A stretch of 64,000 nucleotides of DNA from Eledone cirrhosa (Eukaryota). The first letter of the stretch is position 1. Each line of letters begins with the position of its first letter. The stretch lies in the NCBI GenBank assembly GCA_964016885.1, contig OZ024745.1, positions 61,504,001 to 61,568,000 on the forward strand, written 5' to 3'. Of the stretch, positions 32,022 through 43,878 are shown one piece after another. The translations under genes and the position numbers were made by a program. The notes below the pieces were generated by a model. It was not told where the DNA came from. It did no database searches and was given only the letters and a program-made list of their open reading frames with translations.

Positions 32022-33880
32022 TATTTTTTTGACCGGCCACCTTCCTGGTGGCAAGGTTGTAAAAGAAAAGAAATTGTCATCCCTTGAATCGCAAGAATGT
32101 TTTGCAAATTTTGAAGGTGCCAGCTATCGCAGCAATTTGTAGACTATGAATTAGGGAGCTGCGCTCTTTGTCCGCAAATCCAAGTTCAGTCATACTTTGG
32201 TCCAAACGGGTTGGTATATAACCCGTAGCTCCAATAATGATGGGTATGAAGCTAAAGGTGTATCTTGGATACTGGATTTGCAAACTCCTCATCAATGGTC
32301 CGTAGATTTTTCTGTATTTTTCTGACAACGTTTACATCAAGTGGGCAGCTGATCTCCACAACAGAACACGTTTTCAATGTGTGGTCCCAAACAACAATAT
32401 CAGGCCGGTTGTGCTTTAATTTGGTGGCAGTTTTTATTTTCAGGTTCCACCAGTATTCCTTAGTGCCATCTGTCTCAATATATTCTTCCTCGTTTGATGT
32501 TAATTTTGTTTTCCGAAGTGCGTTCCAGATGGTTCTAGCTATCCCATCGTGTCTCATGGGGAGGTAGTAGCGAGATGACATTGTTTCGCAGCTGGCAACA
32601 ATGTGGCTTACATCCTCGATCTTTGTTTTACATAGCCTACATTTATTGTCAGCTGATGGCCCTCCCCTTTTGTGCAGCAGATATTTGGTAGGGAGTTCTT
32701 GTTCCTGTATTGCATAGAGATATCCCTCCAGGTGTGATATCATAAACTTGTCGGAACTACATGTCAGGCTTTTTGAGTGGTTTATCCCCAATATGGTTTG
32801 TGTTTTACGTCTCAAGTATCCATGCACAACTTTTTCTGTAAATTGGTCAATTTTTTCATCTTGTTTGAACATTGAATAGGATCTTCCGATTTCTCTGGGT
32901 GAGAGATTTATATCAGGCTTTATTCCATATCTCTCCTCCAGATCAGTGGCTATTCTAATGATATATATTTTTTCATGCTCATAAACCTGGGCAAGAGGGT
33001 TGCCAACCTTTTTCCTCTGTTGAAGGTGTTGCTTCAGTGTTACTATCCGGGTCTCATATGATGTTAATATGGATTTTAGACCCCGGCCACCTTCCTTGCG
33101 TGAGAAGTATAGCCTATCCACATCACCATTGATGTTAAAGTTCCCAGTAACACTGAGAAGTTTGCGAGTTCTAACATCCATCTCACTTAGTTCTTGCAAT
33201 GACCAGTTCAGCAGGCCAAATGTTGGCGTTAGAATTGGCACAGCATAAGTATTGTGGGCAATGTATTTGTTGTACACTGACAGTTCTGATGACCATATTT
33301 TCTTTACTCTTCTGAGGTATTCAGTTCTGGTTCTCTCCTTATTTATGTGTCCATCATATCTGACATTCTCATCCTGTCCAAGATATCTGTAGTTGTCACC
33401 TGACTGTAGAGGTTGTATTGTCAGGCCGTTCATCTCTAGATTTCTAGAGAAGGGCACAGCTCTTCCACGTTTTACTGCCAAATATGCACACTTGGACTCA
33501 CCAAATTTCATTTTGATGTCTGTTGAAAATTGTGTAATGAGGTCCAATTGTTTCTTGATGTCATTGATATTTGGCCCATACAACTTCAGGTCATCAACAA
33601 AGAAAAGATGGGAGATACTTCTGGACCCACTTCTTTGTCCACCTTGTTTCCTGAGTAGGTAAGATAGTGGATTTAGTGAGAGAAAGAAGAGTAGCACTGA
33701 CAAGCTATCACCCTGAAAGATGCCCTTCTGGTAAGGTATCCTATCAGTCTTAACTTGCTCCTTCTCACCTCTAAGGATCAAATTGGTGTACCAGTTCTTG
33801 GTCAGACGTTCAACAGCAGCTACCAGTGGTTGTGGGACTTTGGCTAACTGTAAAGCCTTAACAATCCACCCATGAAGTAC
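32022..33880 (-). mobile_element. 5'-truncated R4/Dong-clade (RLE) non-LTR retrotransposon
   Basis: RT-RLE ORF, 3' UTR hairpin GCCACC..GGTGGC and short A tail at ~32022-32055. Confidence 0.9.
32077..33880 (-). pseudogene. RT + CCHC + restriction-like endonuclease ORF (one frameshift near 32320)
   Basis: GIFQGDSLS, SHLFFVDDLKLY, YRYLG, CRLC..EDVSHIVASC, RHD, RPDIVVWD, VEISCP, then PIIIGATG in the shifted frame. Confidence 0.9.
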
Positions 33881-34119
33881 TATCCATGCACAACTTTTTC
33901 TGTAAATTGGTCAATTTTTTCATCTTGTTTGAACATTGAATAGGATCTTCCGATTTCTCTGGGTGAGAGATTTATATCAGGCTATATTCCATATCTCACC
34001 TCCAGATCAGTGGCTATTCTAATGATATATATTTTTTCATGCTCATAAACCTGGGAAAGATGGTTGCCAACCTTTTTCCTCTGTTGAAGGTGTTGCTTCA
34101 GTTTTACTATCCGGGTCTC
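33881..34119 (-). repeat. 239-bp copy of 32817-33055 fused to the 5' truncation point of the R4 element
   Basis: Direct repeat with about 5 substitutions. Confidence 0.9.
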
Positions 34120-34250
34120 GTATGTATGAATGTATGTATGTATTTATGAATGAATGTATGTATGCATGCAAGTATGTATGTATGTATTCTATGAATGTGC
34201 ATGTGTGCTTGCACGTGTCCATATGTTTGTGTGTGCATCGATAGTTTGCA

Positions 34251-34302
<52 letters not shown>

Positions 34303-34336
34303 TAAATATATATATATATATATACATAAATATATA

Positions 34337-34390
<54 letters not shown>

Positions 34391-34391
<1 letters not shown>

Positions 34392-34946
34392 AATTTATAT
34401 CTAGTAACATTTATATACACACAGATGCATATCAATGCTAGCAAATATATAGGTTTTGTCTTATTAACAATGTGGTTCAATGCATGGGGTTGCAGAACAA
34501 TAATATGAGAGACGTAAAATAAGAAAATTATAAAATTAACTTACTTACTAAAAAATCACTTCCAACTAATTAGTTTCTGGAATGGAGTAAATATATTTTC
34601 CGAAGAAACATATATAAAATCATTCCGTCATCAGGAAAGTCTTTTTCCGTATAGGTCTCCAGGCATAGCGAGGATACTGGAAACTTATTAAAAAAATAAT
34701 TCAGTGGAATGGAAATAGCGAGGCGTGGACTGGATTCCAAGCCATTGAGAAAATCACTGCCTCTTCGTCTGTGGCAAATTCAAAAAGAATCAATCACGTG
34801 ACATCGAGGTCAATCAGTGGAAAGCGAGTGGTTATTAAGACAGCGGCCAGCTTACTACCATAGTAGCAGTCATGGCCAAATATTGCTCGACAAATGAATT
34901 GGAGATAATTATAGGGAATTTATATCTAGTAACATTTATATACACA
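34391..34946 (-). mobile_element. HHR-containing repeat, subfamily A (525-bp period, ~1.06 copies)
   Basis: Terminal redundancy GAATTTATATCTAGTAACATTTATATACACA at 34391 and 34916; homologous to the 35133-36968 unit. Confidence 0.85.
34558..34640 (-). ncRNA. Hammerhead ribozyme (type I, minimal)
   Basis: ACTTTC-CTGATGA-CGGAATG..C(TTCG)G..CATTCCA-GAA-ACTAATTAGT-T-GGAAGT. Confidence 0.85.
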
Positions 34947-34980
34947 ACTGTTTTTACAGACAAAATCTAGTTTAAAGCCT

Positions 34981-35063
34981 ACTTTCCTGATGACGGAATG
35001 ATTTTCTATATGTTTCTTCTGAAAATATATTTACTCCATTCCAGAAACTAATTAGTTGGAAGT
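34981..35063 (+). ncRNA. Hammerhead ribozyme, inverted copy of 34558-34640
   Basis: ACTTTC-CTGATGA-CGGAATG...CATTCCA-GAA-ACTAATTAGT-T-GGAAGT on the plus strand; homology continues to ~35114. Confidence 0.85.
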
Positions 35064-35323
35064 GATCTTTTAGTAAGTAAGTTAATTTTATAATTTTCTT
35101 ATTTTTCGTCTCATATATATATATATATATATATAGATAATTTAATATATCAACTAACATAAGCGCACAGATGCACGCCCATGCCAGCAAATACACAGGT
35201 TATGTCATAGTACCTAGGTGGTTCAATGCAGGAGAATGCAGAACAATAATATAAAGGACGTAAAATAAGAAAATATTTTTTTAAAAAAAATTTAAAAAAA
35301 ATTTTTTTCTTACTTAAATTTTC

Positions 35324-35405
35324 ACTCCAACTAATTAGTTTCTGCAATGGGATAAAGACAGTTACGTAATCCAACTGTCGAGAATTCATTGCGTCATCAG
35401 GAAGT
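35324..35405 (-). ncRNA. Hammerhead ribozyme, monomer 1
   Basis: ACTTC-CTGATGA-CGCAATG..GACAGTT..AACTGTC..CATTGCA-GAA-ACTAATTAGT-T-GGAGT. Confidence 0.85.
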
Positions 35406-35891
35406 CTATTCTCAGTTAAGTCTCCAGGCAATGCGCGGACACTGGCGGCTCATATAAAAATAATAATAATTCGGTAGATCGAACAGCTTGCGAGGACTGG
35501 ATTCTATGTACCGAAATTCTCACTGCTTCAAGTCAAATGGCCGATTCTAAAGAATCAATCACGTGACACAGAGGCTAGTTAGAAGGAATGGGATGGTAAG
35601 ATGACTGACGCCTACTAACACCCCAAAAAAAATTTTTTTAGAAGTGGTTTTGACAAGTTTGCTCGACAAATCAGTGATTTGGAGATAAATATAGATAATT
35701 TAATATATCAACTAACATAAGCGCACAGATGCACGCCCATGCCAGCAAATACACAGGTTATGTCATAGTACCTAGGTGGTTCAATGCAGGAGAATGCAGA
35801 ACAATAATATAAAGGACGTAAAATAAGAAAATATTTTTTTAAAAAAATTTAAAAAAAATTAAAAAAAAATTTTTTTCTTACTTAAATTTTC

Positions 35892-35973
35892 ACTCCAACT
35901 AATTAGTTTCTGCAATGGGATAAAGACAGTTACGTAATCCAACTGTCGAGAATTCATTGCGTCATCAGGAAGT
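35892..35973 (-). ncRNA. Hammerhead ribozyme, monomer 2
   Basis: Identical to 35324-35405. Confidence 0.85.
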
Positions 35974-36448
35974 CTATTCTCAGTTAAGTCTCCAGGCAAT
36001 GCGCGGACACTGGCGGCTCATATAAAAATAATAATAATTCGGTAGATCGAACAGCTTGCGAGGACTGGATTCTATGTACCGAAATTCTCACTGCTTCAAG
36101 TCAAATGGCCGATTCTAAAGAATCAATCACGTGACACAGAGGCTAGTTAGAAGGAATGGGATGGTAAGATGACTGACGCCTACTAACACCCCAAAAAAAA
36201 TTTTTTTAGAAGTGGTTTTGACAAGTTTGCTCGACAAATCAGTGATTTGGAGATAAATATAGATAATTTAATATATCAACTAACATAAGCGCACAGATGC
36301 ACGCCCATGCCAGCAAATACACAGGTTATGTCATAGTACCTAGGTGGTTCAATGCAGGAGAATGCAGAACAATAATATAAAGGACGTAAAATAAGAAAAT
36401 ATTTTTTTAAAAAAATTTAAAAAAAATTTTTTTCTTACTTAAATTTTC

Positions 36449-36530
36449 ACTCCAACTAATTAGTTTCTGCAATGGGATAAAGACAGTTACGTAATCCAAC
36501 TGTCGAGAATTCATTGCGTCATCAGGAAGT
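36449..36530 (-). ncRNA. Hammerhead ribozyme, monomer 3
   Basis: Identical to 35324-35405. Confidence 0.85.
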
Positions 36531-37257
36531 CTATTCTCAGTTAAGTCTCCAGGCAATGCGCGGACACTGGCGGCTCATATAAAAATAATAATAATTCGGT
36601 AGATCGAACAGCTTGCGAGGACTGGATTCTATGTACCGAAATTCTCACTGCTTCAAGTCAAATGGCCGATTCTAAAGAATCAATCACGTGACACAGAGGC
36701 TAGTTAGAAGGAATGGGATGGTAAGATGACTGACGCCTACTAACACCCCAAAAAAAATTTTTTTAGAAGTGGTTTTGACAAGTTTGCTCGACAAATCAGT
36801 GATTTGGAGATAAATATAGATAATTTAATATATCAACTAACATAAGCGCACAGATGCACGCCCATGCCAGCAAATACACAGGTTATGTCATAGTACCTAG
36901 GTGGTTCAATGCAGGAGAATGCAGAACAATAATATAAAGGACGTAAAATAAGAAAATATTTTTTTAAATATATATATATAAACATGGATATACAAACACA
37001 CAAAATATATATATGGTAATGGTTGTGTGTTTGTGTGCATGAGTGTGCCTATGTTTGTCTGTGTATGTGTAAGTGTGCGTGTGCCTGTTTGTCTGTGTTT
37101 GTATGTGTGTGCATGTGTGCCAATGTTTGTGTATGTATGAGTGTGTGTCTGCCTATAATTTTGTGTGTGTGCGAGTGTGTATGCTTATGTTTGTATGTGT
37201 GAGTGTGTGTGTGTGCCTATGTTTGTGTGTGTGTGTCTGTGTGTGTGTGTGTGTGTG

Positions 37258-37355
<98 letters not shown>

Positions 37356-37520
37356 AGAGAGCTTATGTCTGTATGTGTAAGTGTGAGCGAGTCTGTTTTT
37401 ACAGACAAAATCTAGTTTAAAGCCTACTTGACGTTTATTTTGTTTATTCTTTGAGTTATTGAAACATTGCTGTTTTGAATACTTCTCTCCTTGTCTTGCC
37501 TTAAATCAACGTTCATGGCA

Positions 37521-37753
37521 TTAGTAGTAGTAGTAGTAGAGGTAGTAGTAGTAGTAGGAGTGGTGGTAGTAGTGGCAGTAGTAGTTGTAGTGGTGATGGT
37601 GTGAGTAGTAGTAGTAGTAGTAGTAGTAATAGTAGTAGGATAGGAGTGGTGGTAGTAGTGGCAGTAGTAGTTGTAGTGGTGATGGTGTGAGTAGTAGTAG
37701 TAGTAGTAGGAGTGGTGGTAGTAGTGGCAGTAGTAGTTGTAGTGGTGATGGTT

Positions 37754-37786
<33 letters not shown>

Positions 37787-37972
37787 ATAGTAGTAATAGT
37801 AGTAATAGTAGTAGTAGTAGTAATAGTAGTAGTAGTAGGAGTGGTGGTAGTAGTGGCAGTAGTAGTTGTAGTGGTGATGGTGTGAGTATTAGTAGTAGTA
37901 GTAGTAGTAGTAGTAGTAGAGCTGGTAGTAGTGGTAGTAGTAGTTGTAGTAATAGTAGTGTTGGTAGTAGTG
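37521..37972. repeat. (TAG/TGG)n compound trinucleotide repeat
   Basis: Direct reading. Confidence 0.95.
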
Positions 37973-38019
37973 GCTGAAGGCAGAAAGCCAGCATTTTTTT
38001 TTTTTGGGGGGGGGGAAGG

Positions 38020-39045
38020 GAAAGTTGATTAAATCGACCTCATTGCATTACTGGTACTTTATTTTACCGACCCTTTAAGGATGAAAGGCAAAGCTAACCT
38101 TGGCGTGATTTGAACTCAGAACGTTTCTTTCTTTCTTATCGTGTCCACAAGAGTGTCAGTTACAAAGCTTGGCTAGATGTGGTCCCGCTACAGCTGAACA
38201 CATTGCTGTCCTTTCTCATTAAACTCTGCCAAGTCCAATGCTATGCAGGGGTGTTCCAGCAGAGGGCATATCAGGAGATGCAACGTAGTCTGTGGTTCGA
38301 TGCCGTAGTCACACACAACGTCCCCATCCTTTAAAATTCCCAATTTTGCAAGAGTGACTTTTGCACGTGCAGCACCACATCTTAATTTGTTTAAGCATTT
38401 CCACACTGCATAGATTGTATCTGTTCCAGGGGTCAGTGCTTCGCTCGCCTTTAGTTTCATTGTTGTTACTGATGGGAGGTTGTTAAGTTTTTTCTTCCCA
38501 GCGAGTGTCTCTTTCATTATTTATGCTTGATATTCCAAGGGGCATGACGTTCTTTAGGAAACCTTTTCTCGATTTAAGGCGGCTTTTGGCTGGCACATGG
38601 CCGAAGAGAGGATGTTTTTGACCTATAGTCTGTTGTTGACGATCTTTCTTGCTTGCTGCTCTTCGTCGTATCTCTGGTGGGGCTATGCCTGCCAGGATAT
38701 ACAGACAGTCTGTAGGTGTAGATTTCAGGCAGCATTGATGGTGGGATCTAGCTTCTAGACATGCGCAGCTCGCTTCCATATTGGGCATGCTTACTCGGCA
38801 ACTGAGTAGCAGAGAGCTAGTGCAGTTGACTTCATAGTCTGTGGGTTTGCACCCCAGGTTGTGCCAGTAAGCCTGCAGATGATGTTTTTTCGCGCATTCA
38901 CTTTGCACTTGGTCTCCTCGAGGTGGATCTTAAAAGAGAAACACCTGTCCAGGATTACACCTAGATAGACTGGGTACTCAGAACGTAAAGGGCAGTAACC
39001 CGATACCGTAAGCATGTTGTCCGACGCTCTATCGATACTGCAAAT
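38020..39045 (-). mobile_element. SINE family A split by a LINE insertion (38020-38124 and 38976-39045)
   Basis: The two halves join at ACTCAGAACGT into a contiguous SINE. Confidence 0.85.
38125..38975 (-). mobile_element. 5'-truncated Vingi/Ingi-like LINE with 11-bp TSD
   Basis: YLGVILDR.FSFK.H...WGANPQTMKSTALALCYSVAE; CLKSTPTDCLYILAGIAPPEIRR; WKCLNKLRCG..CDYG..QT..HLLICP; (GAAA)n tail; TSD ACTCAGAACGT at 38114-38124 and 38976-38986. Confidence 0.85.
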
Positions 39046-39101
39046 AATAATAATAATTATAATAATTATTATTAGTAGTAATAGTAGTAGAAATAGTTGT
39101 G

Positions 39102-39634
39102 CGGGTGGTGAATAGGCAGTATCAGTAGATCATCAGACGATATGCTTTGCGGCATATAGTTGCGGTTCTTTACGTTCAGAGTTCAAATCCCACCGAGGTT
39201 AGCTTTGCCTTTCATACTTATGGGGTCGATAAAATAAAGCCCTAGTAATTCACTGGGATCAATTTAATCGACTTTCTCCTCCCCCCAAATTGCTGGCCTT
39301 GTGCCTATATCAGAAAGCATTACGATCTGAGTTCAAATCCCGCCGAGGTTGACTTTGCCTTTCATCCTTACGGGGTCGATAAAATAAAGTACCAGTAATG
39401 CACTGGGTAATTGCTGGCCTTGTGCTTAAAGTAGAAACAATTATTATTAGTAGTGGCAGTATCGGTAGAGGGTCAGACGCCATGCTTTGAAGCATAGTGT
39501 TACCTCCCTTTATGATCTGAGTTCAAATCCCGCCAAGGTTAACTTTGCCTTTCATCCTTACGGGGTCGATAAAATAAAATACCAGTAATGCACTGGGTAA
39601 TTGCTGGCCTTGTGCCTAAAGTAGAAACAATTAT
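39102..39634 (+). mobile_element. Cluster of three SINE A copies (39102-39310, 39320-39445 5'-truncated, 39452-39634)
   Basis: Family A motifs repeated head-to-tail. Confidence 0.85.
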
Positions 39635-39719
39635 TAGTAGGAGCAACTGCTGTGGTGTTCCAGTAAGAGCGTGTTCTTCACAGCACTTAGCTACCGTAGT
39701 AAGTGTTTCAGTAACGGTG

Positions 39720-40760
39720 GCAGTAGATATTGTAAGAGCGGCAGTAGTCATAGCAGCCAAGGAAGCAGCAGCAATAGCAGCAGTAGCAACAGTAGTAACA
39801 ACAGTTGCAGCAGCAGCAGCAGCAGCAGCAGTAGCAACAGTAGCAATAGCAACAATGGCAACAACAGCAGTAGCAACAGTAACAATAGCAACAGTGGCAA
39901 CAACCGGCAGTAGTAACAGTAACAAGAGCAACAGTGGCAACAGCAGCAGTAGCAACAGTAGCAACAGTAGCAACAACAGCAGTAGCAGCAGCAATAGTAG
40001 CAGCAGCAATAGCAGCAGTAGCAACAGTAACAATAGCAACAGTGGCAACAACCGGCAGTAGTAACAGTAACAAGAGCAACAGTGGCAACAGCAGCAGTAG
40101 CAACAGTAGCAACAGTAGCAACAACAGCAGTAGCAGCAGCAATAGTAGCAGCAGCAATAGCAGCAGTAGCAACAGTAACAATAGCAACAGTGGCAACAAC
40201 CGGCAGTAGTAACAGTAACAAGAGCAACAGTGGCAACAGCAGCAGTAGCAACAGTAGCAACAGTAGCAACAACAGCAGTAGCAGCAGCAATAGTAGCAGC
40301 AGCAATAGCAGCAGTAGCAACAGTAACAACAGTAGCAACAGTAGCAACAGTAGCAACAACAGCAGTAGCAGTAGTAGCAGCAGCAATAGCAGCAGTAGCA
40401 ACCACAGCGGTAGCAACAGTAGCAACAAGAACAATAACAACAGCAACAGTAGCAACAGTAACCATAGCAACAGTAGCAATAGGAACAGTAGCAGCAGAAG
40501 CAGCACCAGAAACAACAATATCAGCGGTGATGATGGTGGTGGTAGTAGTATTAGTGGTAGTAGTGGTAGTAGAAGAGTGGTAGTAGTAGTAGTAGTAGTA
40601 GTTATACTAGTTGTAGTAATAGTGAAATTAGTTGTAGTATTAGTATTAGTATTATTATTAGTAGTAATAGCAGGAGTAGTAGCAGCAGTAGTAGCAGTAG
40701 TAGTAGCAGTGGTAATAGTAGTAGCAGTAATAGCAGTCGTAGAAGTAGAAGTAGTAGCTG
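39720..40760. repeat. (CAG/CAA/TAG) compound repeat with 148-bp higher-order period
   Basis: CAACCGGCAGTAGTAACAGTAACAAGAGC at 39901, 40049 and 40197. Confidence 0.95.
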
Positions 40761-42296
40761 TTTAAAGCCATCGAAAGCTGAAATTGTAAAGTTACTTACA
40801 TTGGTGGTGAATACTGAATGTTGGAGTGGCGACTGTTTCCGTTTAGCCCTAGGTCAGTCCTGATTAAACAGAGCTATGACTAAAGACATTTTAGATATGG
40901 TCGTCCCGTTTTTTTCAGACATAGTGTATCTGGGATTACACTATCTAATGTGTCCTTACTGATCGAGCGATTCCAGTTACGATTATCTTGCCCTTTCTAA
41001 GACATAGTGTAACTGGGATTACATTATCCAATGTGTCCTTAATATATTTTCAGATTGTATTAAGTGATTTAATATAAATTTAGAGCGTTATTTCTAGTAA
41101 TTAAAACATGATCTGAAGCTATATTTGTGGCAAAGCTTCTTGCCTATTGTGTTAGAATATCACTGAAAAGCAAGTTTACTTTTCACCATCCCGGATTCGA
41201 TAAAATAAAAGCATCAATCTAGACTAGTAGAATAGTTAGAGCATTGGATATGAGGCATGCAGGGAGCCGTAACTCCCAGGGAGTCATACGGACACCATAT
41301 TGTCATATGGCATTTCTTAGAGAATTAAAAAAAAGAAAAAAACTGGTGGAGCTATCTCCTTTCCAGCTCTGACTGAATACAGCAGATTTTCAGAGAAGAA
41401 TAGATAGAGAGAGAAAGGAAGTGAGAAAGAGATATAGACGAAGTATCAGATTAGTACCTTTTTTATCGACCTCGAATGGATCAAAGGCAAAGTTGATCTC
41501 AGTCCGATTTGAACTCAGAAAGCAGAGAGCCGCAACGAATACCGCAAAACATTCTATCCGACATTCTGACTCAATTTACCGCCTATTGAATATGGTACTT
41601 TGTGGTTTTTGTTATAACTATCTTCGTTCTGAATTAAAATAACGCTGTGGCCTATTTAGATGATAGATTTAATGTCACCAGATTTAACAATCGCGCCTGG
41701 TCCCTGGGGGCCTTTGGTGGAGTTTCTGTAACAATCATTTGCGCAATGTCTCTGGTTTTATAATATCTTCTCTCGGCCCCAACAAGTCTTGAGGTCTCTG
41801 AGATGCTGTTCTAGCCACTCCTCGTACACCGTATTAAGCGATAACAAAACAATGAAAAGAGTCAGTCTTCCTGGCTGTAGATGGATACAATGAGAGCATT
41901 AGAAACATAAAATAGCAAGTCACATTGTCGAATGAGATTTTAGTATTTATTTTGTTATCTTTCATTCATTGTTTAGTTCATATTTTCTCGTTAGCATGAT
42001 GGTTTATGCCAGATTATTTTGTTCTTTATCAATAACAGGAAAACAGCCTTTTGGGGTGCCTCGTGAGTTATATACCTCAACTATCCATTATTATTGAAAT
42101 GTTTTTGGTTAATGGATTAGTGAGAAGAAGATTGATGGAAAATAGAAAGGAAATTATTCCCAGAACGGGAACTTGGTCTGAATATTTGCAACAGCTCGTA
42201 CTTCACTAAAAGAAAAAGAAGCCAAGAGACAGGTGGTGGGGCTAAACCGGGGGGGGCAGTTAGTTCTAATCATTCCTATAACATTCCATTTAACTG

Positions 42297-42355
<59 letters not shown>

Positions 42356-42896
42356 ATACTTGGGGAGGGTCATATTTGTGTAATAATATTGCCAGAATTA
42401 ATAACAGAACACACTCACTGTTTGGTTGGTTTTCGCTTCTGTGTCTTTTATATCGGTTAATTTAATTTATGCGGTCCTCAATGATTACCATTGACTGACC
42501 AACGGTCAAAAATACAGATATAATATAGACACAAACACATATATATAGTCTAACAAAGTTCTTTCGTTGTACATCTGCAACATCGTCAGTGGTGCTATTA
42601 TGTTTCTTCCCATCTTTATTTAGTCTGGTTATTTATTTATTTTTTTTTTGTCTTCTCTGCGCATGCGTTTGCGTGTGTGTATATAGTGTTTGATGTGTGT
42701 TCGTGTTTGGGTGACTGTGTATTGGTTATTGTATTCTATCTTAGTTTACTAGTGTGTGTTTGTATGTGTTTGTTGTTGTTGTGCTTGTGTATTTATTTAT
42801 TTATTTATTTATTTATTTATTAATACTTCTCTTAGGTCAGTATTATTTGTTTGGGTGTTGTTGTTATTCCATTCATTTTTTCTGTTTAGCCTTGGC

Positions 42897-42936
<40 letters not shown>

Positions 42937-42948
42937 CTTCAATACTCT

Positions 42949-43046
<98 letters not shown>

Positions 43047-43294
43047 AGAGTATTGAAGGTTGCTTGAAGCATTGGGGAAAAATAAAAAAAATTGGTCGTT
43101 TTGGAAGCCTCAACAATGCAGATGGGTAAATCTCCGGGTAACAGAATCCGGTGGTGAAGAGAGAGATGTAAGAGGAAATGTAGAATGAGATGTAAAGTGT
43201 GTAGAGGAACGTGAGGAAAGAGCGTAAAAAATAAAAATAATAATACGAGATAGAGTTAGCTTGGGAGAGATTTAATTGTCCCTATGTATATATA

Positions 43295-43378
<84 letters not shown>

Positions 43379-43434
43379 AATTACTGGTATTTTTTTCATC
43401 TTGTTTTAATTCGTCACTAAGTGACATATTTTTT

Positions 43435-43541
43435 TTTATTTGTTTGTATATTCCGAAGACGAGGTATTGAAACACTGATAATATCTACGTTGATAGATTG
43501 AATTGTGATCTCATCCTTCGAAACAATTGTAAACAAATAAA
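43435..43541 (+). ncRNA. Variant hammerhead motif (CCGAAGA core, offset stem I)
   Basis: TTTATTTGTT-[TGTATATT]-CCGAAGA-CGAGG...CCTTC-GAA-ACAATTGT-A-AACAAATAAA. Confidence 0.5.
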
Positions 43542-43598
43542 CACTTTTTCAAGAGATTTGAATTTTGGCTGTATTTTCTCTTATTATAACTCATATAA

Positions 43599-43654
<56 letters not shown>

Positions 43655-43660
<6 letters not shown>

Positions 43661-43878
43661 AGAAATGTTAGCTATCGTCGTATTTTGACTAAAGAAATTA
43701 AAGAAATTATTTAGCCTGATAGTGGGGTTAAGAACCCTCGGAGAAATGGAAAAAGATGAGTATTGATGTACGTCAATACTCATCTTTTTCCATTTCTCCG
43801 AGGGTTCTTAACCCCACTATCAGGCTAAATAATTTCTTTAATTTCTTTAGTCAAAATACGACGATAGCTAACATTTCT

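Larger units (their letters stand above)
35133..36968 (-). mobile_element. Tandem array of ~560-bp HHR-containing monomers (3.3 copies; retrozyme or Penelope pLTR-like), subfamily B
   Basis: Unit starts at 35133, 35691, 36259 and 36816 (periods 558/568/557). Copies are essentially identical except in an A/T homopolymer block. The array abuts (TA)n. Confidence 0.9.

Noticed and set aside
35150-35431. 93-aa ORF across the array monomer
   Set aside because: Crosses A/T homopolymers that change length between copies, so the frame is not conserved
35133-36968. CRISPR-like or rDNA/snRNA tandem array
   Set aside because: No repeat-spacer alternation and no recognisable 5S, snRNA or tRNA sequence; eukaryotic context
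39539-40765. Ala/Thr/Val antifreeze-like ORFs
   Set aside because: The 148-bp period is not a multiple of 3, so the frame rotates each unit; this is a simple repeat
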